Source of the DNA: Octopus sinensis
Taxonomy: Eukaryota
Direction of reading: 5' to 3'
DNA: 64,000 bases
NCBI RefSeq assembly: GCF_006345805.1
Contig: NC_043013.1
Coordinates: 31,682,001 to 31,746,000, forward strand
The notes beneath the pieces are model-generated. The model was not told the DNA's origin and did no database searches. It saw nothing but the letters and a program-made list of their open reading frames with translations. Shown here piece by piece: positions 36,503 to 51,079 of this stretch (position 1 is its first letter; the number at the start of each line of letters is the position of its first letter). A program made the translations under genes and the position numbers.

Positions 36503-38569
36503 CTATTTCTGTATCAGTGCGCGTGCGTGTGTGCATGTGGATGTAATGGTTTGTGTATATGCTCATATGTACCTATATAATGTCGTATATAAAATGCGAT
36601 TATGCTTTATATTTTCGTATTTCCACGCCAAACAAGAGAAAATGCAATATAAATAAAAGGCAAAACTTTTATTTCTCGGTAAAAAAATACCAGGAGCTTT
36701 CGAAAATGGGCTGAAGTATTTTCATATACAATCCCGGCTTATGTAATGTCCTTATTTATCGTTAAATAACGAAATTATCTTCGTAACTTGGGGTAGGAAA
36801 CCTTTACTCAAAATAATGCTTTTCAATATACAGACGTATTGAAATGTTAAGTCTTCCATAGTTTATCACATGAAATGCTCATGGCAGTAGGGTGTATGTA
36901 TGCATATATATATGTATGTATTATGTATGAATGCATGTATGTGTTTTTATATGAAATGTTTCTTCATAGTCTGTCTTTACTGTAATCTCTCATAAGACAT
37001 TGGTCGCTTAGGGCCTGTACCAGAAAATACTTACTTGTCGCAGGTATCAGTCACTAAGACGGAATACAAAACCCTAAGTTGAGAATCAAACGTCTTCAGA
37101 AGACGGTATTCCTAGGCCTATTGTTCACACATACGCCCCAAAACAGAAGCACATACACACAAACGCTCTCGCCTGCATATGAGATTCAGTTTTTTAATCA
37201 CCAGTGATACGAGGGAGTCGTTTCCAAAACGCTATCCCGCAGCGAACCGGTGTAAAAGCAAAACACATAATTGAGTATATGCGATGAATAATATATATAC
37301 AGAGAACTGCACCCGTTGAGCAATAATTTGGAACCTTATTTCGGTGTCGATGATGTTCATATACACAAGGAATAGGTTTGTCACTAAGGATTCTTAAAGA
37401 ATTTGCTAGGAAATATCTGTTTGAGTTTTTCGATTTTGTAATAGACTTGTATTTTGAAGCAAAAGGCATCTTGAATACAATCCTGTTCTGGAAACATTCT
37501 GCAGTTTCTTTTGTATGAAGTTCCGCCTATTTTCGCTGAAACGCAATTTGAGTTTCATTACTTCTTGAAATTATAAAAAATATCTCAGTCAGGAAAACTT
37601 ATTGTTTTAGTTTCCCTATTATATACAAATTGTAAGGACATAACTTTGAAAACCTTTGCAGAAAATAAATTATGTATACCAGAAAAATCAATAAATCACA
37701 TAGGGAGTATTTTTCTGATGTATTCGCCTATAACAATTACGGGATAATTTCACCGAATCTCTAAATTGTTTATCCCTAATTGCATAAAAATGCAAATAGC
37801 CAAACAATATTTGGGTTTCTTCTAAACTTTGTGGTAATTACTCCCATTAAATTAGGTCGTAATTCACATTTTAGCTATTGATTATTCATGAGTGCCATTG
37901 AATATAAATACACTTAAGTACATTGCGACAAGTCTGCTGTCATTTTTGTTTTTACTGTTACGTTCAATAACAGGAAAAGAATTACAAATTTGGCACGTTG
38001 CATTCATCCTTTCGATAAATTGCTTAACTGAGTGTCATTATACAAAGAAAAGAACCTTATGTAAAATGAACTCCGATTGATTCATTGCGATACACTTAGC
38101 TATAAAAGGCACACTCTACGGGTTTTAGAATTTGCCAAAGCAGTTAGTTAATAGATAATCATCTTAGATACAGTAGGAATTTCATTGCCTCAATCAAATA
38201 CTTATCGAACAGTCAACATTTTCTGCAAAAGACGGCCTCTTTGTTAATTGAGGGCAAGTTAAGAGGTACAGTTGATTGAGTAACTATCAGAACCTATCTT
38301 TATATATTTAATTGTTACACTAAGTGTGGAAACTTGTTTAATACAATCGGTGTTATTCAGATAATTGTAAAAACGTTACACAGCTTACCTACTCCGTCAC
38401 CGCACTACTTTCTCCTATGTATCTCGACGCTAAACACACTCTAGTAAGTACACATTTTGCAGTACCTATTATTTTGTCACCCACTTGAATTCGGTCGACG
38501 AGTATTTCAAGTTTGCTTGATACGGGAATTAACAGGTTTTGTGCTGTATTGCCTCTTCTGTACTGTCGT

Positions 38570-38610
<41 letters not shown>

Positions 38611-39951
38611 GTAAGTTGTAAATAATCACCAGAGAATTCATTCATTAACTAGGTGAGTTAGTGAAGTAGAATTTTAAGGCTCCTAGATATCAAACGTATG
38701 AACGCCAGGAAGCATGAAATGCCAAATCTTCGTTAAACGTATACGTTTAAAAATACAAAGGAATAAATATTTGAAGATATTTTACTGGAAACATTTTTGT
38801 CAGCACTGTTATATAGCACCCTTGGCAACATAACATTATAAATGACTTTTAAGTAGAGCAATATAGTAGTATATGTTTGCGGGATAACATACAGCGGGTG
38901 TAATCCATTCTCAAAAATAGTTCTGCATTAATTTCATTGACTATGAAAGTTAGGCTAGGTTCGTCATGTTTGGATATAGGGAACAAACGTTCGCAGGTCA
39001 TAACACGTTTATTCTGTATGATTCTTAATTGTAATGTAAATGCTTCCAAGTGGAAATGCCTTGGAATCAAGTGAATTTGAAAAACAAAACATTTTAAAAT
39101 GCCAATCGTTCTAGCAACACTAGAATATTTATAATTTTGTTTTGATTTCATAAATATAAAGTAAAATTTGCTACAGGTACAAAAGGGAAGCTGATGTTTC
39201 TCTACATATCATTCAGAGTTTATAACGTATAAATATTACAAATAAACAATTCTCTAATATGATTTGAATGTTTCATATTGTTATGTATGCCCAGTGGTCC
39301 TTGAATCAGAGATTCTTAACAAGAAATCTCACCAGAATATTACAAAATTTCATCAAAATTATCTTATACACGGAGAGTTTCTAAATATTGCTTATATTCA
39401 GACATATTAATGTGCATTCTTCCTAGGCCTTGTCTATCTCTGCATTTGTGTCTTTAATCTCTCTCTCTCACTCTCTCTCTTACCTTTCCCTCTGTCTCTC
39501 TCTCAATCTGTCTGTCTCCCTCCCCATTTCTATCTCTCTCTCACTCCCTAAGACACACAGAATACACTTACAAACACACACATTTATGCATATATACATG
39601 TGTGTGTGTGTGTGTGTAAGCAGAAACGTTTGCTGTTCGCCTTAGAACAAAACAACGTAACAAATTATTTTAAGAATCTTTACCAAATTCGCAGGAACAT
39701 TCAAATACAGCAGAATATAGTGCACGAACAACAAAGATCGGGCTCCACGATTTCCTTGTATAAAAATGGGAATGATGGAAGGTAAGATATGTGGAGAGAC
39801 CGGACATTTTAAAGAAATGTTCTAAGTTCGTTACATTAAACTATGTTTTCCCTATCACGCTTTTCATACTCCTGTTCTCTTACACACACATGCAGATAGA
39901 TGGGTATGGATATATATATGTATATATATATACAGGGAGATAGTTAGATAG

Positions 39952-40008
<57 letters not shown>

Positions 40009-40015
40009 CATAGAT

Positions 40016-40108
<93 letters not shown>

Positions 40109-40139
40109 CGCATATATAGTTAATCTTCTCCCGCCAAAA

Positions 40140-40322
40140 ACGATAAAACACAAGAGAAAAAACAACAACGCGAGGACGTGGTACATGGAAAGTATTAAAA
40201 GACTCTCAGTGAAGGAAAGAAATGCTCTTCTTCAGAAACAGGAGACAGAGGAAAGTCCAAGAGAAAAGGAAGACAGGAACAAAAATCGCTAACAATCCAC
40301 ATGTTACATTTCGAAATGACCG
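40140..40322 (-). mobile_element. PLE-type pseudo-LTR copy retaining GTTT-CTGAAGA-A-GAGC
   Basis: GCTCTTCTTCAGAAAC at 40224-40239 is the reverse complement of the canonical core; the rest of the ribozyme is deleted. Confidence 0.65.
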
Positions 40323-40347
40323 ATACATGTATATTTATCTATCTATA

Positions 40348-40407
<60 letters not shown>

Positions 40408-40626
40408 GATCTCTATATATAAGGGAGATATATATTATACACTCATGTAAGAACAGGTCGTTTATAAAGTTTGAGATACGTGTACCGCGACATCCTTTGT
40501 GTCCTGTTTTTGATTTTATTTGATATGATCTCTCTCTATATATACATATGTATGTGTGTGCGTGTGTTTGTGTGTACATGTATATATGTGTGTATGTATG
40601 TATGCATTCATGTATGTATGCATATA

Positions 40627-40662
<36 letters not shown>

Positions 40663-42948
40663 TGTATGTATGTTTGTGTATATGTGTGTATATATGTATG
40701 AATGTATATTAGTATATATAGGCGCTTCTGCAAATTGTATGTACTTAGAACTATGTAGTTATTGAATGTCTGCATTTAAAATTCATATTGTCCAAAAGTT
40801 ATCAGACGGTTTTAAATGCTATGATAGAGATAATTTTTTCAGTCATTGAGTCACATTTAAATTTGTGTATCTTCCTAATATATTCAAGTTTTATACTCTA
40901 AATATACGACTATTAATTTTTATCATGTTTGAATACATTTTAAATTCTATTAAAAGTAATAGCATAATGCCTGAATATTTTAGATGTATAAAAACTTAAA
41001 TTTGAATTAATTGAAGAATAAATTAGTTTTCGTTTTTCCTTGTGTTTGAAGGCGCTCACTAATTTTTTGAAGATTATTTAAATGAATAATTTTAAAGGAA
41101 ATTCCTTCCTCACACACAATGTCTATATAATGAAAAGCTGAAACGAGAATGTTTTAGATATCTATCTTTCTTTGTATTTCATACCACTTACGCTCTTTTG
41201 TGAAGCCACGGATTTTAAATAGGCAAGTATTTAAATCTCCGTCATTACCTACAGAGATATTGTGGTTCAACTTCGATCTAACATCTCCAAATTGATTCGT
41301 GTTACTTCTTTGCAACATACTGCAAAGCTTGCCTCATAGAAGCTATATAAATTAGAACATTACATTGGTGGTGGCTGTCCTTGCATTCTCTAAGAAAAAC
41401 GAAGGGCCTTTTGTCCTGTGTCTTCTCACTATCTAAGCTGCAACAATTTTGGAATAGCCACCAGGGCAATAAGATCGTGGCAACAATCTATTTCAAGTTG
41501 AATCGGTTTTGAAAAAATCAAAAGTTTCATGTAAAGACCAAACATTGATTCGCCTTTAAAATACCGTCCAATTCGTGTCTGGAAACGATCAGGAATATTG
41601 TTAGAAAGATCTTGCTACCAGTCAGGGCTGCAAATATCTTTCGAAAGATTTGTTTTGGCAACCATGAATGGCATTAGAAAGAAAATGATGCATTAAAGAT
41701 CTAAGAATGTGTGAAGGGGAAGCAAATGCTTATTGGAATATATACTCTTTTGACCAACTTTATTATAGCAAATCAATCTTTTACCTTTCGGGTTATTGCT
41801 GTTACGGCCTATATTGCATACGAAAACAGACCCGATGCAATACCGGCAAAGTATCAGGATGACTAGTATTTCTGATTGAGAAAACCCTGGAAACATTCAG
41901 ATGCGTGGTCAATGTCTCATAAATTTGCGTTTATAACTAATATTAACAACATGGTGTCACAATCAAGCTGTAATTTCAACAAAGTTACATCTACTGATGA
42001 ACTAAAAGCATGTTTCGAAGAAGTCGATATTGACCATTCACGCACGGAATATAACTTGCTTAAAATTTGATATTTGGACACAGGAAATATTTTTCTTTGT
42101 AAACATATACTCTGGATGGGTGAAATGATAAATTAACCTGTTCACACTGAGAATGGGAATGTAAAATAAAAAAACAAGAAAACGAAACAATATCCAACAC
42201 ACACCTAATACATACTTTTGGGAATGTATTCTTATCTGCTGGAGAATTATGCAAACGGAACCGTAACTGTCATTCTAATAGTGGAATCCAAGTTCCCAAG
42301 AATGCGAATATTCAGGCCACCAACAATAAGCAACAATTAGCTAAACCCAAATGTATAAGAGCTTTCACACTGGGGCTCTCGTTAATGATAATATCAATTA
42401 TCCCAAACGTTTTTTTTTTCAATTCTCTTCAACCCATGGTGTCTCGTCTTACAATCTGCGGTTGGATATAGGCGGCAAGATGGCAGAATCGTTAGCACGC
42501 CGGGAAAAATACTTAGCGCCGTTTTGATTCTTCCCTCTCAGGATATTTTTTTTAATTTCCCATAGTCTTGCATTAAGGGGCTGATTTAAAATGATTTTGA
42601 CATTTGTTACATTTTAATCAGTAAGCAATTAAACATCTGAGAGAAGTATGTAATCAACCATTTGCGTGGCAACTGAGAGACACAAGAGGAATTAAAAAAA
42701 AAAAACAATGTCACATTGCCAGAAACACTTATATCTCTGAAGATTTTTGTATTTAATAGCCGTCATCGAAAGTGCTTTTCTTGCTTCTGTGAAACTTTAA
42801 CTAATAGGATTCTGCGTTAATATCTCCGTACAAATAAGCATCAACACTGCGAAAGCTGGTGTGTTCTCTTTATTATTTTCTTGTCTATCTATTTATTACT
42901 CTTTCTTTCTCTGTCTCTAACTCTTCCTCAATCTGAATATATTTATAT

Positions 42949-43018
<70 letters not shown>

Positions 43019-43023
43019 TGTGT

Positions 43024-43063
<40 letters not shown>

Positions 43064-43590
43064 CATACATCAATGAACACTGGCATATAAATAGTGTATA
43101 TGTGTGTTTGTGCATTTATTAATTGTGCATTTATTAATATGTACATTTAAATTTATACACCTGTATTTGACTCTATAGTGTTATTTATTACATCGAATGT
43201 CTATATGACTTATTTATTCATTATCATGTATGTCGACATATCTTTACCGACATAATTATCTTTAGGATTCAATTATATTACAGGACTATTACAAATTGGA
43301 AAAATACGAGAGATACGAGAGAGGAAGTAAGAATAGATTTAAAACAAAAACCAAGACAACATTAAGATTTAATCATCTCTATGATGGAATACCTTCACAC
43401 ATTAACACTTAATCAGTAGAGAGATTGGTAAAAGAAAATAATACAGTAAATATAACGAGTCATACAAGATACATTATCAAATGGAAAATTGTTAAAATAT
43501 ATGTTTTTGGTAACCGCTCTAAGCGGAAATGTTAGAGCAATGTATAGAGAAATAATCAGGAAATCCTGCAAACACACACAATCACACACA

Positions 43591-43632
<42 letters not shown>

Positions 43633-43744
43633 TACATGTGGACACTCGCTCACACATATTGTGTATATACGATTTCGTAAATCTTTCGATATATGATTGC
43701 ACTCATACATGAATACAGAAATGCATCAGTATTACTTTTATGAA

Positions 43745-43988
43745 AGGCGGCGAGCTGGCAGAAAGGTTAGCACGCCGCGCGGAATGCTTAATGCTGTTTC
43801 GTCTGCCGGTACGTTCTGAGTTCAAATTCCGCCGAGATCGACTTTGCCTTTCATTCTTTCGGGGTTGATTAAATAAGTACCATTTACGCACTGGGCACGA
43901 TATAATCGACTCAATCCGTTTGTCTGTCCTTGTTTGTCCTCTCTGTGTTTATCCCCTTGTGGGTAGTAAAGAAATAGGTATTTCGTCT
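43745..43988 (+). mobile_element. SINE-B with tail type 1, followed by a 12-nt restart of the body
   Basis: Head AGGCGGCGAGCTGGCAGAA...tail GTGGGTAGTAAAGAAATA, then GGTATTTCGTCT at 43977-43988. Confidence 0.9.
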
Positions 43989-44029
43989 ATACAAGCAGGA
44001 AGAAAGACTGGTGAAAGAGTACAGCAGAG

Positions 44030-44345
44030 TATCTCGTTGAGCTTTAAGTGTTTTCGCTCAATAAACACTCACAATGCCCGGTATGGGAATCGAAACCCCA
44101 ACCCTACGACCGCGAGTCCGCAGCCCTAACCACCATGCCATTGCACCTCCACGTATGTTTATATATATCTATGGGGTTGGGTGTGCTGGCACTGCTCCGG
44201 TTATGACGATGAGGGTTCTAGTAGATTCGATCAACGGAAGGGCCTGGTAGTGAAATCAACGTGCATGTGGCTGAGAATTTCTCAGACGTGCACCTTAATG
44301 TAGTTCTCAGGGAGATTCAGCGTAACACAAAGTGTACTGGGGTCG
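44030..44345 (-). mobile_element. SINE-C head (44030-44150) and a separate SINE 3' module (44186-44345)
   Basis: Reverse complements of the 1670 head and of the 21230-21388 tail. Confidence 0.75.
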
Positions 44346-44548
44346 ATCTAATCGAATTGCTCCTACTCCTCAAACATTTCGGTCCTTGTGCGTATATGTT
44401 ATTAAATAATATATTAAATAGTATACCAAAGGTACTGAGTGCTACTTTATTCCGCTTGCTTACTCACCCGTATATATATATATGTGTGTGTAAATATGCG
44501 TCTGTATATTAATATATTTATATGTACACACATGCATACACACGCATA

Positions 44549-44598
<50 letters not shown>

Positions 44599-45481
44599 CA
44601 TGTACATGTATCTATTATTTAATTTCTGGAGTGTTATAAACATAAAGAATACTACTATATGTTGTTTACCTGATACTTGTAAGAAACCGTTCATTGACAA
44701 ATATGTAACAATAAAATTTGATGGTTTTTCTATACACTACGTATATAGTTAATAAATCAATTGTTTATCATACTGGTTCTCAATTTATAAAAAGATTACT
44801 CTTGACAAAATGTCATTTCTATATACGTAACTTTGAGTTTTATGTGTATGTTTTTTAGCAGTCCACCGATATTATGTAGTTTTTTTCTATTGGTTTTCAT
44901 TGAGTCTCAGCAGTGGAGTTGATAACAAACAACTCAGCAGGTAGAATGTAATTTTATAGAACTAATCAGAAAAAAAACAGCTAGAAATAATAGTACAAAA
45001 CTTGTTTATTACAAGCAAAATGACAACTATATTTGAAAGTCTACATCTGCGTGGAGATTTAATGTCTCATATAACTTTTACACAGTTCAAAACATAAAAC
45101 TCTGTACAGTCACATATGGTTGATATATTAGGATGTTTTGTTTTTTTGTTCTTATCTTTATACAATTTTCAAGAAATAACGTTTTCCATCTGTCAAGTAG
45201 TCACACTGAATTGGGAATATTCTAACAATGTCGTTCCGATATTCCCAACAGTGAACGACTCTCAAATGATATTATCCTAAAGCCTTTAATAACATTTCGT
45301 TTGACCATTATTTTTCATTTTACGGATATATTTGTGCGTGTGCGTATGTGTGAATGTCTGGGCATGTGCGTATGTCTGTGTATGTGCGCGCGTCTTAGTG
45401 TGCACTTGAACATATAAACAACATATTTAGTTACTGTAAAATTATCATACGGTTATAAGTATTGATTATCTATGTTTCAAA

Positions 45482-45622
45482 TTTTGACGCAAGGCCAGCA
45501 ATATCGGAGAAGGGGGGGGGGAATTCGATTACATCGATCCCCTTCTTCACTGGTACTTATTTTATCAGCACGGAAAAGATGAAAACCAATGTCGACCACT
45601 GCCCAATTTGAGCTCACAATAA
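45482..45622 (-). mobile_element. Diverged SINE-B fragment
   Basis: CTGGTACTTATTTTATC...AAAGATGAAA...GTCGACC...ATTTGAGCTCA. Confidence 0.65.
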
Positions 45623-45770
45623 ACATATATTACCACTATGCTGCATATAATAATTAGCATTCCATATATTTTTCACATTTATATTTTGTGTGGGAATGCA
45701 TGTATAAACACAGATAAACAAACTCAGGCACATACATAACCGTTATTTCGTTAATGTTTTTTTATCATTG

Positions 45771-46755
45771 AGGCGTCGAGCTGGCAGAAACGTTAGCACG
45801 CCGGGGGAAATGCTTTGTGGTATTTCGTTCGCCGTTACGCTCTGAGTTCATATTCCGCCGAGCTCAACTTTGCCATTCATCCTTTCGGGGTCGATAAATT
45901 AAGTACCAGTTACGCACTGGGGTCGATGTAATCGACTTAATACCTATGTCTGTCCTTGTTTGTCCCCTCTGTGTTTAGCCCCTTGCGGGTAATAAAGAAA
46001 TAGGTATTTCGTTCGCCGTTACGCTCTGAGTTCATATTCCTCCGAGCTCGACTTTGCCTTTCATCCTTTCGGGGTCGATTAAATAAGTACCAGTTACGCA
46101 CTGGGGTCGATATAATCGACTTAATCCATTTGTCTGTCCTTTTTGTCCTCTCTGTGTTTAGCTCCTTGTGGGTAGTGAAGAAATAAGTATTTCGTTCGCC
46201 ACTGCGTTCTGAGGTCAAATTCTGCCGAGGTTGACTTTGCCTTTCATCCTTTCGGTGTCGATTAAATAAGTACCAGTTACGCACTGGGGTCGATATAATC
46301 GACTTAATCCGTTTGTCTGTCCTTGTTTGTCCTCTCTGTGCTTAGCTCCTTGTGGGTAGTGAAGAAATAAGTATTTCGTTCGCCGCTGCGTTCTGAGGTC
46401 AAATTTCGCCGAGGTCGACTTTGCCTTTCATCCTTTCGGTGTCGATTAAATAAGTACCAGTTACGCACTGGGATCGATGTAATCAACTTAACCCCTTTGC
46501 CTGTCCTTGTTTGTCTCCTCTACGTTTAGCTCCTTGTGCGCAATAAAGAAATAAGACACTTTTGCACGCAGGGGAAAAAGCTTAACTGTATTTCGTCTGT
46601 GTGTACGTTCTAAGTTCAAATTCTGCTGAGGTCGACTTTGCCTTTCATCCTTTCGTGGTCTATAAATTAAGTACCAGTTGCGTACTGGGATCGATCTATT
46701 AACTGGCCCGCTCCCCCAAAATTTCGAGCCTTGTGCCTAGATTAGAAAAGAATAT
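45771..46755 (+). repeat. SINE-B multimer: one head, four about 184-bp tail-1 units, and a final tail-2 unit
   Basis: Units start at 45819, 46003, 46186 and 46370 with (G/A)GTATTTCGTTC; fifth unit from about 46588 has a partial head and ends CCCCCAAAATTTCGAGCCTTGTGCCTAGATTAGAAAAGAAT. Confidence 0.9.
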
Positions 46756-47224
46756 AATTAAGAACATGGATATAATTAGTATTCTTTAGATATTACATTA
46801 ATATAGCAGGAAATTTTCTGCAAGTTAGAATTTCCCTTCTAATATTTCGATTTATTGTACGTTTCTGTATCGAATTTCTGTAGAACTGTTGTCATGAATT
46901 TATTGTAGTTACCAAAAGGGGAAAAAAAATCATTATTTGGAAGCTGATAAACGCACATACACACAAACACACGGACAAGCATACGAACCCTCATACACAT
47001 ACTCATATTCACACACATAAATACACTTTAGGATATGTATTTTAGGAAACGAGGGATCATTTCATTACCTAATACATTGCTTGTCAGAAACTCCTGCGAT
47101 CTGAGTCCTTTCGGAGCAAAGTCATTTCCGAGGCATCGTACTGGTTAAGCTCCAGTTGACTTTAAAACACCCTCTTTGATTGAAAGCCGACTTGGAATGA
47201 TGTAGTAGTAACCTATGAAGTGCT

Positions 47225-47458
47225 CCATGAAACAGAGCTGAAAAAGAGGTAATTTCTACTCTTAACCTCTGGAAGCCATCTACTCGCAATACCAGAGGCG
47301 CACACTCTCCTACCCTGATGTAATCTCCAGGGATAAGGGATACAGGCATCCAGCAACAGGACCTCCGTAATGCCATGCTGGACCGTGAAGTCTGGCGTAG
47401 CATGGTAAATTCCATTGTCTCGACCATGGTCGAACAATGATGATGATGATGATGATGA
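47225..47458 (+). mobile_element. 3' end of an RTE-like LINE with (TGA)n tail
   Basis: Frameshifted EKEVISTLNLWKPSTRNTRG..SYPDVISRD..QQDLRNAMLDREVWRSMVNSIVSTMVEQ* followed by TGATGATGA repeats. Confidence 0.7.
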
Positions 47459-47486
47459 AGTGCTCCTTGTCCGAACAAGTGTGTAC

Positions 47487-47549
<63 letters not shown>

Positions 47550-47711
47550 TGTGCGTGTGTGTACGAATACTTGGCGTGAAGTACGAGGCAAAAACATAGT
47601 ATAACTGGAGTCGCACCATTGTTATCAGTAACTATGCTGTAAGGGAAATGGAAGTCAATGTCTGCAATCTGCAGTTCCCTCTGTTTTCTATAGCATTCTT
47701 TTTTCTTTCTT

Positions 47712-47898
47712 TTATTCTTTTATTTGTTTCAGTCAATTGACTACGGACATGCTGGAGCACGACCTTCAATCGAACGAATCTACCCCAGGACTTATTCTAT
47801 CGGCCTCTTTTGCTGAAACACTATGTTACGGGGACGTAAACACACCAGCATCGGTTGTCAAGCGATGGTGGGGATACAAACACAGATACATATAATAT

Positions 47899-47929
<31 letters not shown>

Positions 47930-48123
47930 ATATATATATATATATTATATATATATATATATACGACGGGGGCTTCTTTTGGTTTCTGTCTACGAAATCC
48001 ATTCACAAGGCTTTGGTCGGTCCGAGGCTATAGTAGAAGACTCTTGCCTAAGGTGCCATATAGTGGGACTGAACCCAGAACCATGTGGTTGGGAAGCAAT
48101 CTACTTACAGCCACTCCTGCGCC
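47712..48123 (-). mobile_element. Full-length SINE-A
   Basis: Reverse complement ending in CAGCCACTCCTGCGCC. Confidence 0.9.
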
Positions 48124-49419
48124 TTTAGCATAGTGACTGAAATAATTTAACAGTGGTACGGCTCCAGTTATTCGATGGTTTTGGTTTGTACATCTCACCA
48201 AGTACTCGTAACCTTTTAAGGTTGCCAAAAATGATCTATTACAGGACTACCAATTTCAGGAAGTTACCCGCACACTGTTGATCTGGCACGAATATTGTAA
48301 TAGACTATACACTGCAACAGGTACTATCGATACCATGTAGTAGTAATAACTAAACAGCAGACGCAGCTACCGATTCCTACTTGAATACGACACTTGAAAG
48401 TTTTACTGGCTAGGTGCGTTAAGGGTGAAATTGACTCTTAAACATAACCATCTCACCGGAAAACGATTTCTATTACATTAAATCTGTAATACTTGCGACG
48501 ATCGTTATATTTCACCTGGAAAATAATCCTGAAATTACTTAAAATTTAAATCATAGCATCTAATGTTGCAATTGGATAATTCGAAGAAAAAATTGTAGCT
48601 TCGTAATTAAGTATCGTTGATCAAAATAAGTACATCGTTTGCACATAATAGTTGCCCCAAATAGTTCCAGTTTCTCGTTCACACTCAGTATCCATTTGGT
48701 ATCTCTTTTAGGGAATGGTTAATATGAGAAAGTGGTATTTAGGTGGAATATTGTTTTGTGATACAGGTTTATAAGAAAATGGATATTTAATTTAGTATTT
48801 TTAATAATTATGTTGGACTAAAGCAATAACAAACTCGGAGGGAAACAAAAGCCTGGCTAGAAGCATTTAATAGGATGCCGTGTCTTATACATGAATTTAT
48901 CAAAATATTTCTAAAATCTTATACAAATTGTATGCTATGAAAATAATATCTAAACTATTTGATATGCGCATATAATTTCACAACTTACAAGGCTTACTGG
49001 TTTATTATTACATTGCTGGTGGCTGTAATTAGACCATGATGGATTCAGTTCTCAAAAGCATTGTAACTGTAATTTTAATTAAATCAAATATTAGCTAATA
49101 AATACATGTAACGGTTCCTAGTCTACAGAGCCATTGCTTTTCAGTAGAATAGCACAACTTGGTTGTGAATGGAGATATTTTATGCTGACTTTGTACTTCT
49201 TATCAATTATACGCGTTCTAAATTAGTAACTTATATTTAAAAGGAATGTAAATTAATGATATATAAAACTTTGCCTTTCATTCATCGAGGTCGATAAAAT
49301 CAGTATTAGTTGAACACTGGAATTAATTAATAATTTAATTAATTAATTGAATATCTCTCCTATCAAAAATGTCTGACCTTGTGCCAGATATGGAACAATT
49401 ATAAGAATAATAATTCTTT

Positions 49420-49770
49420 CTACTATAAATACAAGGCCTGAAATTTGTGGATAGTGCCGAGCCGATTAAATCGACTCCAGGGCTTGGCTGGTACTTTTCT
49501 TATTAGCTCCGAAAGATGAAAGGCAAAATATGACATCGACGGCATTTGAGCTCAAAACTTACACAACGAGAAAAATACTGTTAGACATTTTGCAGCGACA
49601 CTCTAACAATACTGCTAACTCACTGCCTTAACAATAATAAGAAAATAATACTTAATTTATCGACCCCGAAATGATAAAATGCAAAGTCGGACCTCGGCGG
49701 AATTTGAACTGAGAACGTAAAAACAGACGATATTTTACCTGGCGTGCTAACGATTCTGTCAGCTTGCTGC
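49420..49770 (-). mobile_element. Two decayed SINE-B copies
   Basis: CAAGGCCTGAAATTT...GAAAGATGAAAGGCAAA, and TACTTAATTTATCGACCCCGAAA...GGCGTGCTAACGATTCTGTCAGCT. Confidence 0.75.
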
Positions 49771-50680
49771 CTCAACAACAACAACAACAGCAACAGCAAC
49801 AACATCAACAACAACAACAACAATGGTGATGACGAAGAGAACAACAACAACACCAGTAGCAACAACTTGTATTTTCATTTCAGAAATTTTATTCTTCATG
49901 AAATAATTTGTAGATAATTATTTCTAACTTTGCAATTAGCTCTCAAATCTTAAAAGAAGTTTCTAGTCTATTGAGTTAATGAGAAATCTAGTCAGGCACT
50001 TATTTATCGAACGCTAGGACTATACACCAACCACAACGCAATTTCAAATTCAAAAAACTATCGTCATGAAAGCGAAACTTTCAATGCATTCCGAGCGGAT
50101 ATTTAGTACAAAAATCATACTCTCTACGTCCCATTTAATATCATAAATCTCACTGTAATACCATTTTGTAACATTAAACTTCTCATAATATAACATGCTT
50201 GAAAAATCGGACGCGATATTCCATCGCCGAAAGAAAACATATCTATACCATTTGAGAGACATTTCAATGCCTTTTTTTTCAGTTTGTTCCTGAGGAAGGA
50301 AATATCCATCATACTTCTATGTTTCCGATATAACTGGATGACAGAGTAACGAAATATGACGGGTTATGTACTAATTATTCGAAGTACTTTTATACACAGT
50401 TTTCGACCACATGCATATGACGGGAGAGTTTCCTAATATACGTGGGGTGGGTGCGCGCACAGTTTGTGCGTGTGTGCGTGTACATACAAGCATATAAGAG
50501 AGAGTTGCTCAGCGTAATTGAGATATATGCATTAAGTTTCCATTTTCAAATGCAGATACACATAGACATACACTTATATTTATATATTCTGCATTTTTAA
50601 TAGATCAACCATACAATATTCCGTTACCCAATAATCTCTACCCCCATTCTTATATATTTACACTACTACGTCTATATATT

Positions 50681-50913
50681 TATTTCTTCATTGCTCACAA
50701 GGAGCTAAACACAGAGAGGACAAACAAGGACAGAGAAACGGATCAAGTCGGTTATTTCGACCCCAGTGCGTAACTGGTACTTATTTAATCGACCCCGAAA
50801 GAATGAAAGACAAAGTCGAGCTCGGCGGAATTTGAACTCAGAACGTAACGGCAGACGAAATATGGCTACGCATTTCACCCGACGTGCTAACGATTCTGCC
50901 AGCTCACCGCCCT
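50681..50913 (-). mobile_element. Full-length SINE-B with tail type 1
   Basis: Reverse complement of head + body + TGTCCTTGTTTGTCCTCTCTGTGTTTAGCTCCTTGTGAGCAATGAAGAAATA. Confidence 0.9.
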
Positions 50914-51079
50914 TGCTAAGTTCATATATTGCGCTTCTTTTACACAGCAGTCAATTGTATAGCACTTCATAAACCATTTAGAAGATATGATTTTGCAATT
51001 CATTTTATATGATTTCCATTCAGCAAAGTTGCTCTTATAATTTTGAGAATACATTTTTGCTTCGCAACACTACTCCTAT

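Noticed and set aside
38361-38443. 83-nt plus-strand candidate exon (TTCAG...GTAAGT), with an overlapping minus-strand donor
   Set aside because: Equally plausible readings on both strands and no homology I can recognise.
45819-46553. Regularly spaced repeats that might suggest a CRISPR-like array or satellite
   Set aside because: Units are entire SINE bodies with no unique spacers; eukaryotic context with no cas genes.
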